A stretch of 64,000 nt of DNA, from assembly GCA_035687245.1 (NCBI GenBank), contig DASRYH010000050.1, positions 13,820 through 77,819 of the forward strand, written 5' to 3'. Below are positions 1 to 9,729 of the stretch, in pieces. Under the pieces are notes generated by a model. It worked only from the letters and a program-made list of their open reading frames with translations. It was not told where the DNA came from and searched no databases. This stretch comes from Coriobacteriia bacterium (lineage in GTDB: Bacteria; Actinomycetota; Coriobacteriia; Anaerosomatales; PHET01). The translations under genes and the position numbers were made by a program. Positions within the stretch are counted from its first letter, which is position 1, and each line of letters starts with the position of its first letter.

Positions 1-872
1 GCGTACGGGTAAGGCGCCACGAGCGCAGGCACGCCAAGCGTTGTGAGCTCCGCGATGGATGTGGCGCCCGATCGAGCCACCACGAGATCTGCGGCGGCGA
101 TTATGTCACCCATGTCGGTGAGGTAGTCGAAGAGCAGCCAGCGCCTTGGGTCGTAGCCAGCCGCCTCGAGCGACGCGGTGACGGATGCGAGCTCCTTGGG
201 GCCCGTAACGTGAACGATCACGAGCCGCTCTTTGGCCATCAGCGCCGAATGCAGACCGACCAACGCGGTGTTGAGGTGCCTTGCCCCCCGGCTTCCGCCA
301 AAGACCAGCAGCAAAAGAGCATCCTCAGCGATGCCAAGCCGGGCACGACCAGCGTCGCGAGACGCGTTGCGCACGGCATCTCGTACGGGGTTGCCGGTAA
401 CCACCGTGCGGTCGGGATGCGCGAGCAGCTTGACCGAGTCCGCATAGGTCACGCCGACCTTGCGTGCCCAACGAGAGAGGAACTTGTTGGCCATGCCGGG
501 CACCGAGTTCTGCTCGTGCAGCACGAGCGGGACTCCGCGAACCACAGCCGCCAAACCGACTGGCAGCGAGACGTAGGCACCAAATCCCATGACGACGTCG
601 GGGCGCCAGCTGCCCAAGAGGCGCCACGCCTTGTACGCGGAGCTCACGGCGCGAAACGCAGCAGTGATAAGTGTCAGCGGGCGGGCGCGGTCGAAACCCT
701 GGGCGGGAAGTGCGTGGAAGTCCAGGCCCGCTTCGGTTGCGAGCCGTGCCTCGAGACCGTTGGGCGTACCGACGAAGAGGACTTCGTCACGCTCTGCGAC
801 GAGTCTGTCCGCGACGCTCAGTGCCGGATACACGTGCCCGGCTGTCCCGCCGCCGCTCATGACCACTCTCAC
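1..872 (-). CDS. murG: UDP-N-acetylglucosamine--N-acetylmuramyl-(pentapeptide) pyrophosphoryl-undecaprenol GlcNAc transferase MurG (3' end beyond window)
   Basis: Absent from the ORF track because it runs off the window. Minus-strand translation from GTG 872 (or ATG 860) reads RVVMSGGGTAGHVYPALSVADRL...PLVLHEQNSVPGMANK...FGGSRGARHLN...ARSGATSIAELT. The GGTxGH and HEQN motifs are typical of MurG. It follows ftsW as expected in dcw order. Confidence 0.9.
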   Translation of the reverse strand, partial: MRVVMSGGGTAGHVYPALSVADRLVAERDEVLFVGTPNGLEARLATEAGLDFHALPAQGFDRARPLTLITAAFRAVSSAYKAWRLLGSWRPDVVMGFGAYVSLPVGLAAVVRGVPLVLHEQNSVPGMANKFLSRWARKVGVTYADSVKLLAHPDRTVVTGNPVRDAVRNASRDAGRARLGIAEDALLLLVFGGSRGARHLNTALVGLHSALMAKERLVIVHVTGPKELASVTASLEAAGYDPRRWLLFDYLTDMGDIIAAADLVVARSGATSIAELTTLGVPALVAPYPY

Positions 873-2028
873 GTTGACGCTCCTCGACAGGTCTCGGCCC
901 CTTGACCGCGCGTGGCGCGAGGGTCCCGTATTCCGATACGGATAGAACGAGCCCTACGGCGATCATCGTGACGAGCATCGATGCGCCGCCGTAGCTCACG
1001 AATGGTAGGGGCTTGCCTGTAACCGGCATGAGGCCTGTGACAGCGGCCATGTTGATAGCCGCCTGAAACGCGAGCATTCCCGTCATGCCGCCCGCGAGCA
1101 GCTTGCCGAAGGAGTCCTTGGCGCCAGCCGCGATGCGCAGGCCGGCATAAGCGAAGACGCCGAAGGCGACGACGATTGCCAGTGTGCCTATGAGCCCGAC
1201 CTCCTCGCCGATGATCGCGAGGATGAAGTCCGTGTGGGCCTCAGGCAGGTAGAAGAACTTCTGGCGCGACAGCCCGAGACCTACGCCTTTGACTCCGCCA
1301 CTGCCGAACGCATAGAGCGCTTGGACGATCTGGTAGCCGTTGCCCGACTGGTCCTTCCACGGGTCGAGAAAGCCCGCCACGCGGCGCATGCGGTACGCCG
1401 AGCTGGCGACGAAGACCACGCCGAGTGCGACCAGAGTCGCGGCGGATCCAAACACCCAGGTCAGTGACACGCCTGCAAGAATGAGCACGATAACGACCGC
1501 GACGATAAGAGTCGCCGTTGTACCCATGTCCGGCTGCATCATGATGAGCGCCGCGGGAATGGCAGTCAGCCACATGGCCCTGATAAGGAAGTCCTTGGTC
1601 GACAGCCTGCCGCGCTGCCAGTCGACCGCGACTGCGGCGACCGCGATGACACACGCGATCTTGGCGAGCTCAGATGGCTGCAGGTTGATGAAACCGAGCG
1701 GGATCCAGCGCCGTGCACCGTGGCTCACGACACCGATGCCCAAGACGATGACGAGCAGGCCGACCGCGCCTGACCACCACAGCATGTGCGTTTCTTTGAA
1801 GCGACGGTAGTCGAACCTGGAGAGCACAAGCGCGATCGTCCACGCGATGACCGCGAACAGGATCTGGCTTCGGACGAAGGCGATGCTCGTCCCGTCGGCT
1901 GCGAGCGCCTTGATCGATGAGGCGGAGTAGATCATGACGACGCCGAAGCAGGTCAGGAACAGCGCCGAGCCCATGAACAGGTAGCGCGGAATGCTGCCCC
2001 CGGCGAACTGTCGCTTCTGCCCGGCCAT
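787..2028 (-). CDS. ftsW: SEDS-family peptidoglycan glycosyltransferase FtsW
   Basis: 413-aa polytopic ORF with FtsW/RodA/SpoVE-like sequence (LQPSELAKI, QPDMGT, PFVSYGGAS). Lies between murD and murG. The ATG shares 1 nt with the murD stop (TGATG). Confidence 0.9.
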   Translation of the reverse strand: MAGQKRQFAGGSIPRYLFMGSALFLTCFGVVMIYSASSIKALAADGTSIAFVRSQILFAVIAWTIALVLSRFDYRRFKETHMLWWSGAVGLLVIVLGIGVVSHGARRWIPLGFINLQPSELAKIACVIAVAAVAVDWQRGRLSTKDFLIRAMWLTAIPAALIMMQPDMGTTATLIVAVVIVLILAGVSLTWVFGSAATLVALGVVFVASSAYRMRRVAGFLDPWKDQSGNGYQIVQALYAFGSGGVKGVGLGLSRQKFFYLPEAHTDFILAIIGEEVGLIGTLAIVVAFGVFAYAGLRIAAGAKDSFGKLLAGGMTGMLAFQAAINMAAVTGLMPVTGKPLPFVSYGGASMLVTMIAVGLVLSVSEYGTLAPRAVKGPRPVEERQRESGHERRRDSRARVSGTERRGQTRRRA

Positions 2029-3422
2029 CAGCAGCGCCCCAGTTCGGCCACGGCCGACTTGAAAACGCGCCCGCGCTGCTCGTAGTTGTCGAACTCATCG
2101 AAGGACGCACACGCCGGCGAGAGCACGACGGCGTCGCCCTCTTCGGCAATATCGGCGGCCGTCACAATCGCCTCGTGCATGGTGGAGCGCACCTCAACTG
2201 GAAAGTCCTCGTCCGCTTCGGCGACGTCTGCAAACGCCCGGCTCAGCTCCTCACGCGACTCGCCGAAGAGCACGGCAGCCTGCGCCTGCTCGCGAACCGC
2301 ACGCGCAAGTTCGTGGAAGTCGCTGCCCTTGTTGCGCCCGCCCAGTAGCACGACGACCGGACGGTCGGTGAAGGCGCCCAACGCTTTGAGCACTGCATCC
2401 GGGTTAGTGGCTTTGCTGTCGTTGAACCACTCGACGCCATTTACCACGCCACACGGCTCGAGACGGTGCTCGATGGCGTCGAAGGTGCGCAGGCCGCGAC
2501 GGATATCTTCCAAACGCACGCCTAAGGCAGCGACTGCCGCGGAGGCAGCCAGTGCGTTGCTCACGTTGTGGGCCCCGCGAATGAGCAGCTCGTCGATGGC
2601 GACCAGCGGCTGCGGGCCGTGATCGGCGGAGCGCAGCGTGAGCACGCCGTCGACGAGGCAAGCATCGGGGACGATCGAGCCGCCGAGACCGACGCGCACT
2701 ACTGCCGCGCCCCCCTCGCCTGCCCGAGTCGCATAGGCCGCTGAACCGGGGTCGTCCACATCGATGACTGCGGTATCCCCAGGCCCAAGGTTGGCCAGCA
2801 CCCGCGCCTTGTCCTCCGCGTAGCGCTCCAGCGACCCGTGCCAGTCGACGTGGTCGGGCGTGATGTTGAGAAGAACCGCCACACGCGGGCGGAAGGTGGT
2901 CGTCAAGGCAAGCTGGAAAGACGAGACCTCGGCGACCAACACGTCATTCGTGCCGTCGGCGACCGCAGTGATCGCAGCCGAGCCGATGTTGCCCACCGCC
3001 TGTGCCGGGACGCCGCCCGTGCCGAGCAGATGGGCCACGAGCGATGTCGTGGTGGTCTTGCCGTTGGTTCCGGTGACCGCGACCCATACGTTGTCGGAGC
3101 GCTCGTAGGCGAACTGGATCTCTGAGATGACCTCGCCTGAGACATCCCTCGCCCACTTCATGATCGCCGAATGCGGCGGGATGCCGGGGCTCGCGACGCA
3201 TACGTCGAAGCGACCTTCGGCGGACTCGACACCCAACTCCACGCGGGCCCCAAGTGCTCTGAGTGTCTCGGCGCGCGCCCTCATGACTTCCGAATCGGAT
3301 GCGTCGACAACTGTCACAGACGAGAACTCGCCGGGCATGCGCTCCGCGCAGTACCAAGCGGCAGCAAAGCCGCTGGTGCCGAGGCCGAGTACGACAATGT
3401 CGGATGGGGCAGACACGCTCAT
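2028..3422 (-). CDS. murD: UDP-N-acetylmuramoylalanine--D-glutamate ligase MurD
   Basis: 464 aa. N-terminal Rossmann fold (VLGLGTSGFAAA) and Mur ligase P-loop (VTGTNGKTTT). dcw position between mraY and ftsW. ATGA overlap with the mraY stop. Confidence 0.95.
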   Translation of the reverse strand: MSVSAPSDIVVLGLGTSGFAAAWYCAERMPGEFSSVTVVDASDSEVMRARAETLRALGARVELGVESAEGRFDVCVASPGIPPHSAIMKWARDVSGEVISEIQFAYERSDNVWVAVTGTNGKTTTTSLVAHLLGTGGVPAQAVGNIGSAAITAVADGTNDVLVAEVSSFQLALTTTFRPRVAVLLNITPDHVDWHGSLERYAEDKARVLANLGPGDTAVIDVDDPGSAAYATRAGEGGAAVVRVGLGGSIVPDACLVDGVLTLRSADHGPQPLVAIDELLIRGAHNVSNALAASAAVAALGVRLEDIRRGLRTFDAIEHRLEPCGVVNGVEWFNDSKATNPDAVLKALGAFTDRPVVVLLGGRNKGSDFHELARAVREQAQAAVLFGESREELSRAFADVAEADEDFPVEVRSTMHEAIVTAADIAEEGDAVVLSPACASFDEFDNYEQRGRVFKSAVAELGRC

Positions 3423-4471
3423 CCCTTGAACCGCGCGGACTCGAAGAAGAAGAGCGCGAATCCCAAGCCCGCGAGAACGCCGGTCACGATCCAGAAGCGA
3501 ACCATGACCTTGGTCTCAGACCAGCCAAGCATCTCGAAGTGGTGATGGATAGGCGCCATTTTGAAGATGCGCTTCCCACGCAGCTTGAAGGACGCCACCT
3601 GCAGCACCACCGAGAGTGTCTCGATCACATAGATGCCGCCGATGATCAGGACGAGCAGCTCGGTCTTGGTGATGGCGGCCAGCGCCGCGATACCCGCTCC
3701 GAGTCCGAGCGATCCCGTGTCCCCCATGAAGATGTCGGCGGGGTAGCTGTTGTACCAAAGGAAGCCAATGCAGGCACCGCCGATAGCAGCCGCCAGCAGG
3801 GCGGTAGGCAGAGAGTCGAGGCGGAAGGCGATACCGGCGTATGCGAGCGTGACGATGGCGACCGTGCCGGCGGCGAGGCCGTCCAGCCCGTCGGTGAGGT
3901 TTACGGCGTTGCTCATGCCGGTGACCATGATCATCACGAAGAGCATGTAGATCCACGGAATCACGATCGCCATTCCAGCGATGGTCACATGTGTCGAGAA
4001 GACGCCAAGTTCGACCCGCGAGTTGATGAGCGGAAGCTGCAGCCACGTGCCGATGCCGCCCCAGTTCACGGCGAGCAGGCAGAAGACGACCGCGATCGCG
4101 CCCTGCCATGCGAGCTTGGCGCGAGGACGAAGCCCCAGCGAGCGCTCGTGTGCCACCTTCGACCAGTCGTCGATGAAGCCGAGTACACCCGCGGCGAGCA
4201 TCGCGCCCAGCGCGAGCAGGCTCAGGCGGTGTACCTGACCCACGAGCAGGAACGTAGCCGCAACGACGAGCAGGATGAGCACGCCACCCATCGTGGGCGT
4301 GCCCTGCTTGATCAGATGACCCTGCGGCCCATCAGCACGTACCTGCTGGCCAATATTGCGAACGCGCAGAAGTCGCATCCACAGCGGGAAGAGCAGGGCG
4401 GTCGCCATCAAGGCGAGGACCATCGCCAAGAAGACCTGATAGGTCGGGTAATGGGAGAGCTTAGCCAACAC
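3419..4471 (-). CDS. mraY: phospho-N-acetylmuramoyl-pentapeptide transferase MraY
   Basis: 350-aa polytopic ORF with MraY signatures (GTPTMGG, NAVNLTDGLDGLA, DTGSLGLG, APIHHHFE). Confidence 0.95.
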   Translation of the reverse strand: MLAKLSHYPTYQVFLAMVLALMATALLFPLWMRLLRVRNIGQQVRADGPQGHLIKQGTPTMGGVLILLVVAATFLLVGQVHRLSLLALGAMLAAGVLGFIDDWSKVAHERSLGLRPRAKLAWQGAIAVVFCLLAVNWGGIGTWLQLPLINSRVELGVFSTHVTIAGMAIVIPWIYMLFVMIMVTGMSNAVNLTDGLDGLAAGTVAIVTLAYAGIAFRLDSLPTALLAAAIGGACIGFLWYNSYPADIFMGDTGSLGLGAGIAALAAITKTELLVLIIGGIYVIETLSVVLQVASFKLRGKRIFKMAPIHHHFEMLGWSETKVMVRFWIVTGVLAGLGFALFFFESARFKG

Positions 4472-5876
4472 GCGGGTTCACGATCCCTTCCACGACCCTC
4501 TCGAGCCCCATCATCCGAGACGCCTTCACGAGCACGACGTCTCCCGGTCCAAGCAGGTCGTCGAGCACCTCATTCGCTTCGTCAAGAGTACGACATGGGC
4601 GCACCGAGCCGGCATCCATACCTTCAGCCCGCGCGCCTTCGGCGATTCGGAGCGATCGCTCGCCTACCGTGACGAGGACGTCGATGCGTGCGCGCCCAAC
4701 TTCTTCACCGATGTGGAAGTGGGCAAGCTCAGAGAACGATCCCAGCTCGCCCATGTCGCCGAGCACTGCGATTCGCCGTGTGGTGGTAGCCATCGCCGAA
4801 AGCGTCTCGATCGCGGCCTTCATCGACGAGGGGTTGGCGTTGTAGGCATCGTTGACCACGGTAATGTCGCGCGCGGTATTGATGAGCTCCATGCGCATCG
4901 AGCTCAAAGCGGTCTCACCCAGTGCCCGGGCAATCGATTCGAGGTCGACGCCCAGCTCGAGACCGACGATTGCCGCCGCGCACGCGTTGTATACGTTGTG
5001 CCGGCCGGGGACCGCCAGCGTGACGCCTATCTCGCCAGCATGCGTGACCAGGGTGAATGTGGCGCGAGACTCCTCATCCAGCGAGATGTCGGTCGCACGC
5101 ACGTCGCAACCCTCCGACATGCCGTAGGTGAGTACCCGGGCCTCGGTCATCTGCCGAATCGCCGCGGAGTAGGCGTCGTCGCCGTTGAGGAAGACCGCAC
5201 CTCTCTCGCCAATCGCCGCGGCAAGCTCGCCCTTCGCTTCGGCGATCGACTCCTGCGAGCCCAGAAGCTCGATGTGGCTCGTGCCCACGTTGGTGACAAG
5301 CCCCATGTCGGGCCGCGCGATCTTGGCGAGTGCTCCGATCTGGCCCTTGCCGCGCATCCCCATCTCGACGACGAGCGCCTGAGTGTCGCAGTCGGCAGTC
5401 AGGATCGTCAGTGGAAGGCCCAGCTGGTTGTTGCGGTTACCGGCGGTGGCGGTAACGCGCAGACGCGTGCCGAGTACCGCCGAAAGGAAGTCCTTGGTGG
5501 ATGTCTTTCCGGTCGAACCGGTGATGGCCACGACAGTGGCAAGCAGCCGGTCGCGATGCCACGCGGCGAGAATGCCGAGCGCTTCGGTGACGTCGTCGAC
5601 CTTAAGGACGGCACAGCCACGCGCTGCGGCGGCGTCGGCAAGCCCTTCGACGTCGCTGATGTCCCGAGAGATGACCACGACGCGCGCACCCCGTTCGACT
5701 GCGGCGACCGCGTGGTCGTGTCCGTCTACGTTCTCGCCAGGCAGTGCCGCGAACAGCATGCCCGCCGTGAGCTGGCGCGAGTCGATCGTGACACCGAGTG
5801 CTGTCGCGGTCTTTGGACCCGCCACGACGACAGCTCCGATGACATCGGCGATCGTATGTGCAGAGGCCGTCAGCAA
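4461..5876 (-). CDS. murF: UDP-N-acetylmuramoyl-tripeptide--D-alanyl-D-alanine ligase MurF
   Basis: 471 aa. Mur ligase P-loop ITGSTGKTSTKD. Lies between murE and mraY and overlaps both neighbours by 7-11 nt. Confidence 0.9.
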   Translation of the reverse strand: MLTASAHTIADVIGAVVVAGPKTATALGVTIDSRQLTAGMLFAALPGENVDGHDHAVAAVERGARVVVISRDISDVEGLADAAAARGCAVLKVDDVTEALGILAAWHRDRLLATVVAITGSTGKTSTKDFLSAVLGTRLRVTATAGNRNNQLGLPLTILTADCDTQALVVEMGMRGKGQIGALAKIARPDMGLVTNVGTSHIELLGSQESIAEAKGELAAAIGERGAVFLNGDDAYSAAIRQMTEARVLTYGMSEGCDVRATDISLDEESRATFTLVTHAGEIGVTLAVPGRHNVYNACAAAIVGLELGVDLESIARALGETALSSMRMELINTARDITVVNDAYNANPSSMKAAIETLSAMATTTRRIAVLGDMGELGSFSELAHFHIGEEVGRARIDVLVTVGERSLRIAEGARAEGMDAGSVRPCRTLDEANEVLDDLLGPGDVVLVKASRMMGLERVVEGIVNPRVG

Positions 5877-7384
5877 CCCAGCGCCTCCCGTGCCTCTTCG
5901 CGATCGTCAAAGTGGACGATGCGGTCCGCGAAGATCTGATAGTCCTCGTGGCCCTTGCCTGCGATCAGGATGCTGTCACCGGGTGCCGCCTGCTCGATGG
6001 CCTTGCGAATCGCAGTGCGGCGATCCACCTCCAGCTCGTAGCTGGCGCCGGTGCCCCGGAAGCCGTCCTCGACCTGCAGGATGATGCCGACGGGATCCTC
6101 GCTGCGCGGGTTGTCGCTGGTGATGATCGCGTGGTCTGAGCCGGCCGCGGCGGCCGCGCCCATCAGCGGACGCTTGTCGGGGTCGCGGTCGCCACCGCAT
6201 CCGAAGACGACGATGACGCGGCCGTCAGTGACCTCGCGCATGGCAGCGAGCGCCTTTTCGACGGAGTCCGGCGTGTGCGCGTAGTCCACGACCACGGCAA
6301 AGTCCTGCCCGCACTCAACGCGCTCCAACCGCCCGGGCACCTGTGGGGCGCTCTGGAGACCCTCGACGACCGTCTCGAGAGGCAGACCCAGCCCGAGCGC
6401 GCAGCCCGCGGCCACAAGAGCATTGCTGATGTTGTATGCGCCCGCGAGCGGGAGGCGCACATGGGCGCTCCCCAGCGGCGTGTTGAGCGTGAAGCCGGAG
6501 CCCATCGCGTCCAGATGCTCGTCGGACGAGGTGATGTCGGCCGGCTCGAACCGACCGACTGTCATGGCGCCGGGGCACGCCTCTGCGAGCTCTCGGCCAA
6601 ATGGATCGTCGAGATTGATCACGCGCTTCTCGACGTCGAGTTCGGTGAACAGGCGCCTCTTGACCCCGGAGTACTGCTCCATCGTGCGATGGAAGTCCAA
6701 GTGGTCCTGCGTGAGGTTCGTGAACGCGGCTACTGCGAAGTGCGTGGCCTCGACGCGGTGCAGGTCGATTGCGTGGCTCGATACCTCCATGACGGCAGCA
6801 TCGACACCAGCATCCACCATGCGCCCGAACAAGGCCTGCAAGTCGGCCGACTCAGGAGTGGTACGCGACGACGCTTCGCGAACTCCGGCGACAACCGTCT
6901 CCACAGTGCCGACAAGCGCGGTTGTCTTGCCGGCCGTCTGCAGGATGCAGTCGGTCAGATAGGTCGTGGTGGTCTTGCCGTTGGTCCCGGTGATGCCCAC
7001 GAGGGAGAGCTTCGAGCTCGGATCACCATGGAAAGCGCGGGCGGCGCGAGCTAGCGCGATGCGCGCGTTGGCCACCTTGAACTGAGGCACGTCGAGAGAG
7101 AGTTCACGCTCGACCACCAGGCCAGCTGCGCCCGCATCGAGCGCAGCCTCGGCATAGTCGTGACCGTCAGCGGCAAATCCCCGCACACAGAAGAAGACAT
7201 CGCCAGCTACCACCTTGTCTGAGCGGTAGGCGATGCCTGTCACCGTCGCATCATCCGACGGTCCGATTGCGACCGCATAGTCGCCGAGCAGTTGCTTGAT
7301 GCTGGTCACGCGCGCCCCTGAATCATCGTGAGATTCTAGCATCGGCTCAGTCACGGCTCCCCTGATCCGATGCCTTTCCGACAC
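5870..7384 (-). CDS. murE: UDP-N-acetylmuramoyl-L-alanyl-D-glutamate--2,6-diaminopimelate (or L-Lys) ligase MurE
   Basis: 504 aa. Mur ligase P-loop ITGTNGKTTT and C-terminal DNPRSEDP motif. The start could instead be the internal Met at 7342, which would remove the 38-nt overlap with ftsI. Confidence 0.9.
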   Translation of the reverse strand: MSERHRIRGAVTEPMLESHDDSGARVTSIKQLLGDYAVAIGPSDDATVTGIAYRSDKVVAGDVFFCVRGFAADGHDYAEAALDAGAAGLVVERELSLDVPQFKVANARIALARAARAFHGDPSSKLSLVGITGTNGKTTTTYLTDCILQTAGKTTALVGTVETVVAGVREASSRTTPESADLQALFGRMVDAGVDAAVMEVSSHAIDLHRVEATHFAVAAFTNLTQDHLDFHRTMEQYSGVKRRLFTELDVEKRVINLDDPFGRELAEACPGAMTVGRFEPADITSSDEHLDAMGSGFTLNTPLGSAHVRLPLAGAYNISNALVAAGCALGLGLPLETVVEGLQSAPQVPGRLERVECGQDFAVVVDYAHTPDSVEKALAAMREVTDGRVIVVFGCGGDRDPDKRPLMGAAAAAGSDHAIITSDNPRSEDPVGIILQVEDGFRGTGASYELEVDRRTAIRKAIEQAAPGDSILIAGKGHEDYQIFADRIVHFDDREEAREALGC

Positions 7385-9158
7385 CTTGCGTTTCGGTCGT
7401 CTTGCCTTGCGAGTCCGCCTCCACGCTCGAGGGCGGCACCTTCAGGTGTGAGACCGAGAACGCGGCCAGCTTGGAGAAGGTTGGCGCGGCGATGGTACCG
7501 CCGTATATCGCGTTGGAGGGCTCGTCGAGAACGACGCAGACAAGCACTTGCGGATCTTCTGCGGGGAGGAAGCCGATGAAGGAGCCGACGAACTTGCCGC
7601 CAGCGTAGCCCAACCGCGGCACGGCCTTCTGCGCGGTACCTGTCTTGCCCGCTACCGTGTAGCCGTCCACTGCCGCTTCCTTGCCGGTGCCCTCGGTGAC
7701 GACGTGTTGCAGCATGCCGTTGACCTGTGCAGCCGTGCCCTTGGTCACGGCACGGCGCTTGGGCCACGTAGGTACGGCCGACTTGTCCTGAGGCACGTCC
7801 AAGAGGAAGTGCGGTGTGGTCAGCTCGCCGTCGTTGGCGACTGCGGCCACCGCGCGAGCGAGCTGAAGCGACGTGACAGACACGCCCTGCCCGAAGGGAA
7901 TGTTGCCAATCGACGAGGAGGACCAGTTCGCCGGCTCGGGGAGCCATCCCTTTGCCTCGCCGGGAAAGTCCACGCCGGTCTTTTCGGTCAGCCCGAATGC
8001 GGCAAGGCCCTCGTACAGCCCGTCCTTGCCAAGCTTCTGGCCGAGCTTGACGGTGCCAACGTTGCTGGAGTTCGTGAGGATCTCGGTGAGCGTCCAGTTG
8101 ACGGTGCCACGGGGGTGCGACTCGTGGATGGTGCGATCGCCGACTCGGATAGTCGGAGGGAGGTGGAACACCGACGCGGGCGTGTAGAGGCCCTGTTCGA
8201 TGACGGCGGACGCTGTGAGCGTCTTGAGGGTGGACCCGGGTTCGTAGGCGTCGCTTATGGGCGTGTTGCGAATCGCCGCGGCCTTGGCCTTGCCATACTG
8301 GTTCGGGTTGAAGCCGGGAGACGAGGCCATCGCGTAGATCTCACCCGTGCGCGGGCTCATGATAACAACCGAGCCGCGCTTGGCTCCCCACTTCTTAGTC
8401 GCTTTCGAGATCTGGACTTGGGCTTCGTATTGGATGTCTTTGTCGATCGTCAGCACAACGTCGTGGCCGTGCGTAGGCGGGATCTCCTTGTGTACGCCAC
8501 CGGGTATCGGCTGGCCCTTTGGGTCGCGCTCGCTGAGCAGCACGCCCGGAATACCGCCGAGGACCTCGTTGTACTCGGACTCGACACCGGCAAGACCCTT
8601 GTCGTCGATGCCGACGAATCCGAGCACCTGGCATGCGAGCTCGCCTGAGGGGTAGAGGCGGCGGTAGTCGTCCAAGAACCCGATGCCATCGAGATTGAGC
8701 TTCTCCAGCGCATCGGTACGGTCGACATCGACCTTGCGGGCGATGTACTCGAAGCCAGTGTGCTTGTTGAGCTTCTCGAGATACGCGGCCTCATCGCCAC
8801 CGATGGTGTCGACCAGTGCCTTGGCCACCGCGGCCTTGTCTTTGATTCGGTTGGGTGCAGCGAAGACGGTGCGCGCCTCGATACTCACTGCGAGGGGCTC
8901 ACCCTCGCGGTCGTAGATGGTGCCGCGGCGCGGTGGCAGCTCGATGTCGCGCAGGCGCTGGTTGAACGCCATCTCCGCATACGCGCGCGACTTCACGCCC
9001 TGGATCCAGACGAGCCTTACGCCGATGAGGACGAAAAGGATCCCGAAGCAGACCAAAAGGAACGCGTATCGGCCGCTGCCCGATGGGCGTGACCGCTTCT
9101 TGCTCACCGCGTTCCTCCCGTTTCTTCTACTTGCGACTGGAAGCGAGCGCCACATCAC
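7347..9158 (-). CDS. ftsI: class B penicillin-binding protein / septal peptidoglycan D,D-transpeptidase
   Basis: 603 aa. Has an N-terminal TM anchor, a PBP dimerisation region and transpeptidase motifs (STLKT for SxxK, SSN for SxN, KTGTA for KTG). dcw position between ftsL and murE. Confidence 0.9.
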   Translation of the reverse strand: MMWRSLPVASRRNGRNAVSKKRSRPSGSGRYAFLLVCFGILFVLIGVRLVWIQGVKSRAYAEMAFNQRLRDIELPPRRGTIYDREGEPLAVSIEARTVFAAPNRIKDKAAVAKALVDTIGGDEAAYLEKLNKHTGFEYIARKVDVDRTDALEKLNLDGIGFLDDYRRLYPSGELACQVLGFVGIDDKGLAGVESEYNEVLGGIPGVLLSERDPKGQPIPGGVHKEIPPTHGHDVVLTIDKDIQYEAQVQISKATKKWGAKRGSVVIMSPRTGEIYAMASSPGFNPNQYGKAKAAAIRNTPISDAYEPGSTLKTLTASAVIEQGLYTPASVFHLPPTIRVGDRTIHESHPRGTVNWTLTEILTNSSNVGTVKLGQKLGKDGLYEGLAAFGLTEKTGVDFPGEAKGWLPEPANWSSSSIGNIPFGQGVSVTSLQLARAVAAVANDGELTTPHFLLDVPQDKSAVPTWPKRRAVTKGTAAQVNGMLQHVVTEGTGKEAAVDGYTVAGKTGTAQKAVPRLGYAGGKFVGSFIGFLPAEDPQVLVCVVLDEPSNAIYGGTIAAPTFSKLAAFSVSHLKVPPSSVEADSQGKTTETQGVGKASDQGSRD

Positions 9159-9687
9159 CCACGAGTAGCACCTGGGCTTCGCCCGCGGTCAGGTCCATGA
9201 TCTTCTGCAGGGTGGACGCTCCCGCGACGTCGGCAGCGGCGACGTGCTTGCCGGCGACCTTCTTCGCGCTGACCTTGCTCGCGCCAGTCTTCTTGGACGG
9301 CTGAGCAGTGATGTCGAGGTAAGTTACCGCACCCGCGGGCTTCATACCCATGGTCTTTGAGGCGATGGTGCGAATCCGTGAGGGCGAGCCCAGCGCGCTC
9401 TCACGCACCTCGAGAATGTCGCCCTCGTAGCGCTCAGTCCGAATGCTTTCGCGCAGAATCGTCGACTCACGCGATAGCTGGGCTGCTCGGGCGGCCACCC
9501 AGACCCGGCCGAGGCCGGCTGTCGCCAGCACCACCATGCATACTGCGAAGATACGGAAGTAGCCCAAGGCAGCGGCGTCCGCGCTGCTAACACGGCGCTT
9601 CGAAGATGTGGCGGGTGCTTTGACGACCCGGAGGTGAGAGCCGCGACGTTGGCGCGACTCCTGCATCCGGCGAGCCGGCAGACCCAC
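9127..9687 (-). CDS. ftsL: FtsL-like single-pass cell-division membrane protein
   Basis: 186 aa. Basic N-terminus, one TM helix (IFAVCMVVLATAGLG) and a helical ectodomain. Called mainly from its conserved position between rsmH and ftsI. An alternative ATG start lies at 9666. Confidence 0.6.
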   Translation of the reverse strand: MGLPARRMQESRQRRGSHLRVVKAPATSSKRRVSSADAAALGYFRIFAVCMVVLATAGLGRVWVAARAAQLSRESTILRESIRTERYEGDILEVRESALGSPSRIRTIASKTMGMKPAGAVTYLDITAQPSKKTGASKVSAKKVAGKHVAAADVAGASTLQKIMDLTAGEAQVLLVGDVALASSRK

Positions 9688-9729
9688 GTTGCACCTCCCC
9701 TTTCGCTGCTCGCCCCTCAGGCGTCTCGT

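Noticed and set aside
3299-4672. Very long ORFs antisense or out of frame to confidently called genes. Examples: 3299-4672(+), 4713-5939(+), 13594-14886(+), 16915-18135(+), 19011-20483(+), 22209-23552(+), 27720-29318(+), 28420-29535(-), 38532-39809(+), 41546-43009(+), 210-905(+).
   Set aside because: Each overlaps a gene with unmistakable family motifs on the other strand or frame. Their translations are Arg/Gly/Asp/His/Pro-rich with no recognisable motifs, which is the expected stop-codon-poor artefact of about 65% GC DNA.
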